A program made the position numbers and the translations under genes. Under the pieces are notes generated by a model, which made no database searches, had not been told where the DNA came from, and was given only the letters and a program-made list of their open reading frames with translations. DNA of 64,000 nt. It comes from Patescibacteria group bacterium. Lineage in GTDB: Bacteria; Patescibacteriota; Patescibacteriia; JAQUQO01. Below are positions 9,003-17,119 of this stretch, piece after piece (the first letter of the stretch is position 1; each line of letters opens with the position of its first letter). Location of the stretch: the NCBI GenBank assembly GCA_028716045.1, contig JAQUQO010000001.1, positions 942-64,941 on the forward strand, written 5' to 3'.

Positions 9003-10496
9003 ATGTTGCTTCTCAAAAATTCGCAAATTTTTTTTCTGGGGTGTTTATTTTTTATCATCGGCATTGCTTTGGAGCATTTTTGGCAAGCCGATATTTTTAT
9101 TATTTATGTAGTTGTCTTGTCTTTGACGACGCTTTTAACTTTTATTTGGACACGGCTGAATGTCAGGAACGCGTTTTTGGTATTATTTTTTTTCTTCGTC
9201 GGTTTTAGTGTTGCTATTTTGGCGGAACGGGAGGCCAGTAATGTTTTTATTGATTTTTATAATAATAAGGGCGAGATAACCTTCAATGCAACGGTGGCAG
9301 AGGAACCGGACAGGCGCGTTGACCATGTCAAGATAGTGGTAAACGCTGATTATTTAGCGGCTACCGGTCAAGCGGTTTCCGGCAAAGTTTTAATAAAAAC
9401 TCCCCTTTATCCGGAGTATTTTTATGGCGATTTTTTAGAGATTTCCTGCCAGCTCTGTCAGCCGCAGCTGATTCAAGATTTTCATTACGACCAGTATTTG
9501 GCCCGTTACGGAATTTATTCGCTGTGTTTTGAACCGGAGATTAAGTCGCTTGGTCAAAATAAAAGTAATTGGTTACTCGGCGGGATTTTTAAACTAAAAG
9601 GCAAAATCATTCGTTTGATAAATAAAATTTTCCCTGAACCGCAGGCCTCTTTCTTGGGCGGGCTGTTGTATGGAGCGCGGGGAGGAATTCCGGAAGGTCT
9701 GATGGATAAATTTAATCGTACCGGCATCACTCACATCATTGCCATTTCCGGGTATAATATTACGATTTTAGCGGCAGTGAGCCAAAACATTTTAATGGGT
9801 TTATACGTTTCTCGCAAAAAGGCATTTTGGGCGACGATTTTTCTGATCTTATTTTTTGTGATTTTTTCCGGTGCGTCTGCTTCAGTGGTGCGCGCCGGAG
9901 TGATGGGCGGCTTGGTGCTGTTGGCCCGCCAAAGCGGCCGGTTGAGTAAAGTTAGTAATGTTCTAATTTTAACCGCCGCCCTGATGTTATTCTTTAACCC
10001 CAAGCTTTTATTTTACGATGCCGGTTGGCAATTGTCTTTCGCGGCCACTATCGGGCTGGTTTATTTGTCTCCAATTTTTAGTCTCTATTTGAAAAGATTG
10101 CCGGAATTTTTCGGCATTAAAGAATCCCTGACGAATACTTTATCCGCAATCATTCTCACTTTGCCGATTATTTTATTCCAATTCGGTCGGTTATCCGTCG
10201 TGGCTCCGTTGGCCAACCTTCTTGTTTTGCCGGTTATCCCCTTGGCCATGGCCACCGGCTTTGCCGCAGTGGTGACGGGGTTTATTTGGTTGCCCCTGGG
10301 GAAAGTGCTGGGCTGGGTCGCGATTCTCATCCTTAACTATATTGAGAATATAGCCGAGATTTTTTCGTCTTTTTCTTGGTCAAGTTTAGCGATAGAAAAT
10401 TTTTCCATTGCTTACGTCGTCGGCGGTTATTTGTTAATTGCCGCGTTAATGTTTGGGGGACAAGCAAAGTTGGCGAGGGAAAGACAGTTGTCTTAA
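9003..10496 (+). CDS. comEC: ComEC/Rec2 DNA-uptake channel, N-terminal part (DUF4131 plus competence domain)
   Basis: Polytopic membrane protein carrying the ComEC motif ITHIIAISGYNITIL. Confidence 0.7.
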   Translation: MLLLKNSQIFFLGCLFFIIGIALEHFWQADIFIIYVVVLSLTTLLTFIWTRLNVRNAFLVLFFFFVGFSVAILAEREASNVFIDFYNNKGEITFNATVAEEPDRRVDHVKIVVNADYLAATGQAVSGKVLIKTPLYPEYFYGDFLEISCQLCQPQLIQDFHYDQYLARYGIYSLCFEPEIKSLGQNKSNWLLGGIFKLKGKIIRLINKIFPEPQASFLGGLLYGARGGIPEGLMDKFNRTGITHIIAISGYNITILAAVSQNILMGLYVSRKKAFWATIFLILFFVIFSGASASVVRAGVMGGLVLLARQSGRLSKVSNVLILTAALMLFFNPKLLFYDAGWQLSFAATIGLVYLSPIFSLYLKRLPEFFGIKESLTNTLSAIILTLPIILFQFGRLSVVAPLANLLVLPVIPLAMATGFAAVVTGFIWLPLGKVLGWVAILILNYIENIAEIFSSFSWSSLAIENFSIAYVVGGYLLIAALMFGGQAKLARERQLS

Positions 10497-10511
10497 ATTA
10501 TATTTTGATTT

Positions 10512-11387
10512 ATGGCTAATAAATTTCGTAAATTATTTTTTCTTTGTTTTGCTCTAATTTTATTATCCGGCACTCTTGGCGGGCTGGTTTTGTGGGACAC
10601 GGGATATTTTGACCACCGTTTAAAAGTTATTTTTTGTGATGTCGGGCAGGGCGATGGTATTATTATCCGCACGCCGGAGAAGCAGACGATTTTAATTGAT
10701 GGCGGTCCTGACAATTCCATTGTTTATAAACTGGGCAAGTATTTGCCCTTTTATGATAAAGACATTGAAACGATGATTCTCACGCATCCGCACGAAGATC
10801 ATTTTATCGGTTTAATTGAAACCCTGCGCCGCTACAAAATCAAAAATATCTATTTTACTCCAGCCGTCGGCGATTCTCCGATATATTCTATTTGGCTTGA
10901 AGAACTTAAAAAAGAAGGAGCAGAAGAACATTTAGTCGGAGAGATTTTTGATATACCTCTTGGCGATAAACTCCACTTGAAGTTAATTCCCCCGCCCTCG
11001 GGAGTTTTGTTAGACGATTTAAATGATACTTCAATTGTTGGGCAAATGAGTTATGGCAACGATTTTTTTCTTTTTACCGGAGATATGAGCGCCAAGACGG
11101 AAGAGGTGCTTTTAAAGAGCGGTTTGAATTTAGAAACGGCTGTTTTAAAAGTCGGTCATCATGGCAGTAAATATTCTTCTTCGCTGGATTTTTTAAAAGC
11201 AACAGACCCGGAAATCGCAGTGATTTCCGTCGGGGCCAGAAATAAATTTGGTCACCCCAGTTATCGGACCTTAAAGAATTTAGAAAAATCCGGTGCGGCA
11301 ATTTATCGCACGGATAGAGACGGCGACGTTGTTATTTATAGCGATGGAGAGAGATTGACGGTCGGCAGTCAGACATTTAGCCAATGA
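10512..11387 (+). CDS. ComEC-type metallo-beta-lactamase domain protein with an N-terminal TM anchor, encoded as a separate ORF
   Basis: MBL motifs THPHEDHFIGL and GDMS...LKVGHHGSKYSS. It is in the same frame as the upstream ORF but separated from it by two in-frame stops. Confidence 0.7.
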   Translation: MANKFRKLFFLCFALILLSGTLGGLVLWDTGYFDHRLKVIFCDVGQGDGIIIRTPEKQTILIDGGPDNSIVYKLGKYLPFYDKDIETMILTHPHEDHFIGLIETLRRYKIKNIYFTPAVGDSPIYSIWLEELKKEGAEEHLVGEIFDIPLGDKLHLKLIPPPSGVLLDDLNDTSIVGQMSYGNDFFLFTGDMSAKTEEVLLKSGLNLETAVLKVGHHGSKYSSSLDFLKATDPEIAVISVGARNKFGHPSYRTLKNLEKSGAAIYRTDRDGDVVIYSDGERLTVGSQTFSQ

Positions 11388-11464
11388 GTTAAGTAAGTTT
11401 TGAGCTCCAAATTACAAATAGTACATAAAGGGTAGGTTTTTAAATAATCTTTAAAATTTAAAAT

Positions 11465-11616
11465 CCCCCTTACTCCTTTTGGTAAGGGGGGAGTAAATTC
11501 TAATATTTTTAAAGAGTCGAAGACGCGATGACGTCATCGCGTGTATAAAAAGGTTGAGTAACTTTTTCTCCCTTTGCCAAAGGGAGCCCCTGATTCCGAG
11601 CACTCGGAATCAGGGG
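11465..11616. repeat. cluster of four consecutive, sequence-distinct perfect hairpins/palindromes
   Basis: The four are at 11465-11490 (cccccttac/gtaaggggg), 11523-11542 (ACGCGATGACGTCATCGCGT), 11568-11586 (ctccctttg-c-caaagggag) and 11587-11616 (cccctgattccgagcactcggaatcagggg). Confidence 0.6.
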
Positions 11617-11851
11617 GGGGATTTAAGATTAAAAACTTTTGGAAGCTTTAAAAATTCCCCGTCTTTATTTACTCTCCTCTGCGAAGCGGATGCCGCGGGC
11701 GTAGGTCTGTGGGGCTCCGCCGATGACAAAAATTCTATAAGAGTAATTTAGCTTTTTGTTTTAGGGTTTTTTGACATTAGGATTTTGACATTCGTCCAGC
11801 CCATTCTAATTTCTAATTTTATATTCCTATACTCTTTCTTCCCACTGCTTG

Positions 11852-11904
11852 ACCCGTTGGTCGCGACCGACGGGTTTTGACCAGTCAGTCGCGACTGACT
11901 GGTC
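11852..11904. promoter_or_regulatory. two adjacent palindromes sharing a GTCGCGAC core, immediately upstream of ndk
   Basis: acccgttggtcgcgaccgacgggt (one mismatch) and the perfect 26-bp palindrome gaccagtcagtcgcgactgactggtc. Confidence 0.4.
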
Positions 11905-11958
11905 TTGCCAAATATTTCAGCTTTGTTATACTGGAATAATTATTTATTAATATTTTTT

Positions 11959-12549
11959 ATGGAAAAAACCCTGGTGCTTATTAAACCCGACGGAGTACAG
12001 CGCGCTTTAATTGGCGAGATAATTCATCGTTATGAAAGAACCGGGCTGAAGCTTATTGGGCTTAAAATGATAATCCCCACCGAGGAGTTGATTCGTAAAC
12101 ATTATCTTGTTGACCCGGAGTGGGTGCGCAAAGTTGGGGAAAAATCGATGGCTTCATATCAAAGCAAAGGATTAAAATCGCCCTTTAAGGACCCGTTGGA
12201 ATGTGGACAGGCGGTTTTGGGAAGATTGCAAAAATATATGTCGTCCGGACCGGTCATCGCCATGATTTGGGAGGGGAATAAAGCGGTTGGTATTGTTCGC
12301 AAGATTACCGGCGGAACCGAACCATTGTCTTCCGACGTTGGCACCATCCGCGGCGATTTGACCGTTGATTCTTATGATTTGGCTGATACCGGCGAACGCG
12401 CCATCAGAAATCTGATTCACGCTTCCGGCTCCCCGGAAGAAGCGGAAAAAGAAATTGCCATCTGGTTTAAATCCGGAGAAATAATGAAATATAATATCGC
12501 TCACGATAAAATCCTTTACGATGTTAATTTAGATGGGATTAGAGAGTAA
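11959..12549 (+). CDS. ndk: nucleoside diphosphate kinase (with an internal insertion). The ATG at 11959 is preferred over the TTG at 11905.
   Basis: MEKTLVLIKPDGVQRALIGEIIHRYERTGLKLIGLKM and the NLIHASGSPEEAEKEIAIWF active-site-His region. Confidence 0.8.
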   Translation: MEKTLVLIKPDGVQRALIGEIIHRYERTGLKLIGLKMIIPTEELIRKHYLVDPEWVRKVGEKSMASYQSKGLKSPFKDPLECGQAVLGRLQKYMSSGPVIAMIWEGNKAVGIVRKITGGTEPLSSDVGTIRGDLTVDSYDLADTGERAIRNLIHASGSPEEAEKEIAIWFKSGEIMKYNIAHDKILYDVNLDGIRE

Positions 12550-12822
12550 TTATATATTAGCCGGAAATTTTAGGTTGATTTTTTCAACCAAAAATGTTAT
12601 ATTTTAATTGACTTCACCATAATTGGCTCTTGTTTTGGGACAACCTTATATAAAAAAGCTCTATATTTTGTTTCGCCGAGGCGGAGCAATGCGGGCTTAC
12701 GGCGTTCCGAGCAATCGGGACCCATTGGCAAGCAGCCAAATACAATCCAATTATTGTGGAGTTTTTTTGTCTAATTTTATTCTCTCGCCCTCGGATTTGT
12801 ACTTAAAGAAGTTTTTTTATTT

Positions 12823-12899
12823 CGGGCCATAGCGAAGTTGGCTATCGCGCATGCATGGGGTGCATGAGACCGTGGGTTCAAGTCCCGCTGGCCCGACCA
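12823..12899 (+). tRNA. tRNA-Pro (anticodon GGG), CCA encoded
   Basis: Cloverleaf: acceptor CGGGCCA/TGGCCCG, D-arm GCGA-AGTTGGCTA-TCGC, anticodon arm CATGC-ATGGGGT-GCATG, T-arm GTGGG-TTCAAGT-CCCGC, then ACCA. Confidence 0.85.
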
Positions 12900-13004
12900 A
12901 TTCAAACATTTTGTCCTATAAAAAACGAGTCCTTAGCGGACCGTTTTTGTTTGATTTTTACATTTTTTTATGAGAGAATTAAGGTGTTAATTAACATCAA
13001 AGAT

Positions 13005-13916
13005 ATGAAAAAGATTTTATTTATTATCACTATTTTGATTTTAGCCGGAACGGGTTGCGTAAAAATAGAAACAAGGAAATCGCCGTCGGACAATGAGGAA
13101 GGAACGGTGGAGCAAACAGCCGCCCTTGCCAACCCGGCCTCGGTTTATTGTGAAGAGCAGGGTGGAAAATTGGAAATCAGGAAAGAGCCAGCGGGAGAAA
13201 ATGGCGTCTGCGTTTTTTCAGATGGAAGCGAATGTGAAGAGTGGGCTTATTTCCGCGGGGAATGCCAGACGGGGGAGAAAGATGATTCGGCCGGGGGAGA
13301 GTCCAAAAATATCGCCAGAGATTGGATTTTAGCAAACTCTCCGACCTATAGGTTTGATGGCGCGGGGTTGAATTTTATGGAGACCAAATCTCTTACTTGT
13401 TCCGGTTGTTTTGAACATCTTTTTTCTTTTACCTCCAGCCAAGCGGGCTATGGTGACCGAACCGGAGAGATTTTAGCGCAAATGATGACGCCGCACGAAA
13501 TCAGAGTGGAAACAAGGAACGGTGCAATAACTTCGGCTATAACTGATAATAAATACGATGAAATAAAGAAAGAACTGCTTCCCGAAGTCAGGGAGGCGAA
13601 ATCTTTAAAAATAAGTTTAATCCCTCAAAACGATTCGGGCGAAGCTGGGGTGGCAGTGGTGGCGGCCACTCTCAACGAAACAGAAGTTTTAATTGAGTTG
13701 GCTTCTTATCCCCTAGACCCCCAGCCGGTTTATATTCAAAAAGGCAGTTGTGCCAAATTGGGCGAAGTCAGTTATAAATTAAATTCCGCGACGGAGGGTA
13801 AGTCAAAAACCATTCTTAATATATCCCTTGATGATTTAATGGCTTCTTTGCCCCTAGCTATTAATGTTTATAAGGACGCGGCTTCTTCCGCTTCCTGCGG
13901 CGATATTCTGCCCTAG
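13005..13916 (+). CDS. lipoprotein with a DUF333 (putative hemolysin-like) domain. The start is moved to the MKK at 13005 because the six-frame ORF start at 12855 lies inside the tRNA.
   Basis: Lipobox-like MKKILFIITILILAGTGC; DUF333-like PASVYCEEQGGKLEIRKEPAGENGVCVFSDGSECEEWAYFRGEC. Confidence 0.6.
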   Translation: MKKILFIITILILAGTGCVKIETRKSPSDNEEGTVEQTAALANPASVYCEEQGGKLEIRKEPAGENGVCVFSDGSECEEWAYFRGECQTGEKDDSAGGESKNIARDWILANSPTYRFDGAGLNFMETKSLTCSGCFEHLFSFTSSQAGYGDRTGEILAQMMTPHEIRVETRNGAITSAITDNKYDEIKKELLPEVREAKSLKISLIPQNDSGEAGVAVVAATLNETEVLIELASYPLDPQPVYIQKGSCAKLGEVSYKLNSATEGKSKTILNISLDDLMASLPLAINVYKDAASSASCGDILP

Positions 13917-14084
13917 TTCGGCGATTATCTATATTCTTAACCCCTCTTACCCTCCCCTTACCTTAAGGGGAGGTCATAAAAATCCTCCTTTTAAAGTAAG
14001 GCACCTTTTCTCTTCCGCCCCTCTTAGAGTAACCTGCCTACGGTTCGACTGAGTTCACCGAAGTCCGGCGGGCAGGGAGGGGTT

Positions 14085-14095
14085 GGGGGGGGGGG
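14085..14095. repeat. homopolymeric G11 tract inside a C-rich/G-rich structured intergenic region (13917-14168)
   Basis: ggttgggggggggggttaggg. The 5' half of the region is C-rich (cccctcttaccctcccc...) and is complementary in composition to the G-rich 3' half. Confidence 0.9.
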
Positions 14096-14127
14096 TTAGG
14101 GAGGTCCTTTTTAGCGCCTAGTATTTA

Positions 14128-14136
14128 TGCTATAAT
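14128..14136 (+). promoter_or_regulatory. extended -10 element TGcTATAAT (shared tatgctataataa motif)
   Basis: tatttatgctataataa lies 33 nt upstream of the 14169 start. The same motif occurs at 17079. Confidence 0.4.
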
Positions 14137-14168
14137 AACAGCAAGTATTAAATAAATTTTTTAAATTT

Positions 14169-16607
14169 ATGTCTATCAAAAAAGTTGAGGTAGGAAGACC
14201 TGTTCCGTTCGGCCCTGAGCCGGCTCCGGATATGATTTCCAAAATTTTGGATGTTATCTCGCGGTGGAGCATTTATCTCCTCGTTTTCTTAATGCCGCTT
14301 TTCTTCCTGCCCCAGATAGTTGACTCTCTATATTTAAGCAAGCAGTTTTTAGCCGCGGTTTTTGTTCTCTTAAGTGTTATCGCCCTCGTGGCCAGAGTTC
14401 TTTTTAAGGGGGATAATGCGCCGCTGGTGAAAACTAGACTTAACTTTTTACTGCTGTTATTTGTCATCGGTGTGGCCTTGAGTTCGGTTTTTTCCGGCGC
14501 CAAATATCTAAGCTTTTGGGGATTCGGCGGCAGCGAGCCCTTTACCGGCTTGTCGGTTGCTTTGGTCGTCCTTTTTTACTTTTTAGCCAGAACTCTTTTT
14601 ATTGACAAGGAATTTTTAAGAAAGAATTTATTGCTTCTCTCACTGTCTTCCACTGTCTTATTTTTAGGCACGATTGCCATCGCTTTTTTGGTCGGGGTTT
14701 TTAAAATTTCTTATTTTATCAATATCTTCGGTACGGCCACCTGGAATCCGTTTGGCAGTGCCAATGCTTTGGCTATTTTTGCGGCCGTTTCGTTTGTTTT
14801 TGCGGTCGGCATTTTATTTACCAAGAATACTTTGGGAAGGGGCTTTAAATTTTTGCTGGCGCTGGAAGCCGTTTCCGCTCTCGTTCTGCTTCTCATCACC
14901 GGCTATCGGAACGCTTATTTGGCCGTGGCTATAACTCTTTTTGTTTTTATCGGGATTATTTTTGCTAAATATAAAAATGAATTCATCAAAAAAATAAATA
15001 CTCCGCTTCTGCTTTTCACAGTTTTTCTTTTATTGTTTATTTTCAGTTTTTCTTTGGCCAGATTTTTTATTGTTCCCGTAGAAATCAGTCCAGATGTCAA
15101 ATTATCTTTTGAAATCGGTTGGAAAGCGATGAGTGAAGGAGCTAAAAATTTTATTCTCGGTTCGGGACCAGCCACCTTCGCCTATGATTTTGCCCGCTAT
15201 AAACCAGACCTGCTAAATCAGACCAATCTTTGGAACGTCCGGTTCACTTCCGGTTATGCCGCCATCCCGACTTTAATGGCTGAACTTGGTCTTTTAGGTC
15301 TTGTATCTTTAGGCGTTTTTGTCCTTTACCACTTGTTTCTGCTTTTAAAGAGAGCCATTAATTTGCGCGGCGGGGAAGATTATTTCTTTAACGGAACCTT
15401 TTTGGCCTTTTTAGTGCTAGCCATTTCTCTCTTTATTTATCCGCTTAATTTTGTGACCTTCTTTTATTTGTTTTTCTTTTTGATTTTGGCTTTAGTCATC
15501 GCGGGCAAAGTCAGGGGAGAAACGGAAATTTTTTCTTTTGACACTTTGGCCCACAAAGCGCTTATCGGTGCCCTGTCTTTGATTGGCGTGTTAATAGGCG
15601 CGGCTTTTATTCTCTTTATTTTTTTAAGCCATTTCCGGGCCGAGATTAATTATACCGAGGGTTTAAGAAAATTGTCCGCCGGTGATACGGGCGGAGCGAT
15701 AACAAGTTTTTCCGAGGCCCTCAAATGGTATCATGATGATGCTTATTACCGCACTCTGGGTATTACGATGGTGAGCGATTACGTGGGGAAAATTAACCGC
15801 GGGGAAATTAAAGAGGATGGATTGGCCGCTATTCAGACCGGTTTTCAGAACGGCATTGGCTTTGCCAAAAGAGCTACGGAAATTAACCCTTTGGAAAGAG
15901 AAAATTGGTTCTCTTTGGGCGCGATTTACGAGAATCTGATACCTTTTGTCACTAATTCCGCGGACGCGGCCGTTGTCGCCTATAGCGAAGTGGAAAAATT
16001 AGAGCCGATGAATCCGGTGATTTATTTAGCCAAGGGCCGCACGTATCTTGCTTACGCTAATTTCTTAAAGCAGAGTATTAAGCAGGCCGAAAGCCAGCAA
16101 GATGTAGACAAGGAAGCCATAAAAAAATCCCAGGAAAAGTCCGATGAGTATCTTAATAAATCTTTGGAGCAATTGAATTTAGCCATAGAAAAAAAAGCTG
16201 ACCTTGAGGCAACCTATCTCGTTCTGTCGCAGTATTACGAAGCCAAAGGGGAAATAGATAAAGCCATTGAGAATCTGAAAAAGGCCAGAGCGTTGAATCC
16301 GCAGAATGTTAATTCCTTGTTTGATTTGGGCCGGCTGTTGTATAACAATAAGGATTATGACCAAACTATTACGGCTATGGAAAATATCTTGAAAGTCGTG
16401 CCGGAGAATGGCAACGCCCTGTTTATCCTCGGACTTTCTTACGACGCCAAAGGGGAAAAGGAAAAGGCGTTGACAACATTTAGAAAGTTAAAAGAAATTG
16501 CTCCGGATAACGAAGATGTTAAGAAGATTTTGGATAATTTAGAAAAAGGGTTACCGGCTACGAGTCAGTCAGGCGGTAGCGGAGAAATTGTTCAGCCAGC
16601 GGAATAG
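14169..16607 (+). CDS. O-antigen-ligase (Wzy_C)-like polytopic membrane protein with C-terminal TPR repeats
   Basis: About 12 TM helices in the first roughly 480 aa, then TPR-like repeats (AYYRTLG..., AKGEIDKAIENLKKARALNPQN...). Confidence 0.6.
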   Translation: MSIKKVEVGRPVPFGPEPAPDMISKILDVISRWSIYLLVFLMPLFFLPQIVDSLYLSKQFLAAVFVLLSVIALVARVLFKGDNAPLVKTRLNFLLLLFVIGVALSSVFSGAKYLSFWGFGGSEPFTGLSVALVVLFYFLARTLFIDKEFLRKNLLLLSLSSTVLFLGTIAIAFLVGVFKISYFINIFGTATWNPFGSANALAIFAAVSFVFAVGILFTKNTLGRGFKFLLALEAVSALVLLLITGYRNAYLAVAITLFVFIGIIFAKYKNEFIKKINTPLLLFTVFLLLFIFSFSLARFFIVPVEISPDVKLSFEIGWKAMSEGAKNFILGSGPATFAYDFARYKPDLLNQTNLWNVRFTSGYAAIPTLMAELGLLGLVSLGVFVLYHLFLLLKRAINLRGGEDYFFNGTFLAFLVLAISLFIYPLNFVTFFYLFFFLILALVIAGKVRGETEIFSFDTLAHKALIGALSLIGVLIGAAFILFIFLSHFRAEINYTEGLRKLSAGDTGGAITSFSEALKWYHDDAYYRTLGITMVSDYVGKINRGEIKEDGLAAIQTGFQNGIGFAKRATEINPLERENWFSLGAIYENLIPFVTNSADAAVVAYSEVEKLEPMNPVIYLAKGRTYLAYANFLKQSIKQAESQQDVDKEAIKKSQEKSDEYLNKSLEQLNLAIEKKADLEATYLVLSQYYEAKGEIDKAIENLKKARALNPQNVNSLFDLGRLLYNNKDYDQTITAMENILKVVPENGNALFILGLSYDAKGEKEKALTTFRKLKEIAPDNEDVKKILDNLEKGLPATSQSGGSGEIVQPAE

Positions 16608-16848
16608 AAATTGGAAAATAGAATTAAATAGTTAGAATACAAAAAGGAGCGCCTAAGCGGTGTCCCCTTTTAAATTGTTAATTCAGATTCTTCGTCCCGA
16701 GTTCTTTGGGCTCAAAATAACATTGAGCAGGCGGCTTAAGATGATGCAGAAGGGGATTTGAAATAGTAATAAAATAAAAGGAATCAGAAACGGTAGAAAG
16801 TAGGGTTCAATAGAGTAAAGAATTTGAGAAATCAGAGAAGTATTTCCT

Positions 16849-16881
16849 TGTGGATAACCATTTCTAGCACCCTGTGGATAA
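16849..16881 (-). promoter_or_regulatory. two perfect DnaA boxes (TGTGGATAA on the + strand, i.e. TTATCCACA on the - strand) at 16849-16857 and 16873-16881
   Basis: cttgTGGATAAccatttctagcaccctgTGGATAActttt lies in a 510-bp AT-rich non-coding region, which also holds the TTAGCTAAtaTTAGCTAA repeat at about 16969-16986. Confidence 0.4.
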
Positions 16882-17060
16882 CTTTTGAATTTTTTAACTA
16901 TTTTAGCGTTCTATGACCTTAAAATTTAGACTATTAGGGGTTAGCCAGTAGAGTTTTTAGAATTTTTTAGCTAATATTAGCTAAAAAATATCAAAAATTG
17001 ACCAAAAATCAAGAAATTTACAAAGAGAAAGGGAGTTTTTCTGATTTTTAGTAAAAAAGT

Positions 17061-17089
17061 TTGATTTTTCGGCTATTTTATGCTATAAT
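17061..17089 (+). promoter_or_regulatory. sigma70-like promoter (TTGATT, 17-bp spacer, extended -10 tgcTATAAT) for the giant gene
   Basis: ttgatttttcggctattttatgctataat lies 30 nt upstream of the start at 17120. Confidence 0.5.
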
Positions 17090-17119
17090 AAATATACAAA
17101 TAAATATAACTTTTACTAT

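Noticed and set aside
11905-11958. TTG start at 11905 for ndk
   Set aside because: The NDK family begins at the conserved M-x-K-T-L-V-L-I-K-P-D block, which is the ATG at 11959. The upstream 18 codons overlap the perfect 26-bp palindrome.
12690-12780. SRP (4.5S) RNA-like motif (ggcaagcagcc / GNRA hairpin ccgagcaatcgg)
   Set aside because: The strand order and pairing do not reproduce the conserved domain IV helix (CAGGUCC-GGAA-GGAAGCAGC). The resemblance is only superficial.
12623-12832. 69-aa ORF between ndk and tRNA-Pro (and the 11554-11751 65-aa ORF)
   Set aside because: They fall in hairpin-rich non-coding sequence, run into the tRNA, and have no start context or recognisable product.
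12855-13004. Six-frame ORF start at 12855 for the lipoprotein gene
   Set aside because: This segment overlaps tRNA-Pro (12823-12899) and precedes the obvious signal-peptide Met at 13005, so the real start was taken as 13005.
14040-14075. tmRNA or RNase P fragments (GGTTCGACTG; GAAGTCCGG)
   Set aside because: There is no flanking T-stem or acceptor pairing, and none of the P4/T-arm consensus context. The sequence is better explained as part of the C-rich/G-rich structured leader.
16849-16881. Calling this region the chromosomal origin (oriC)
   Set aside because: Only two DnaA boxes are present, there is no adjacent dnaA/dnaN, and the GC-skew cannot be assessed from one window. It is reported as a regulatory or titration site candidate only.
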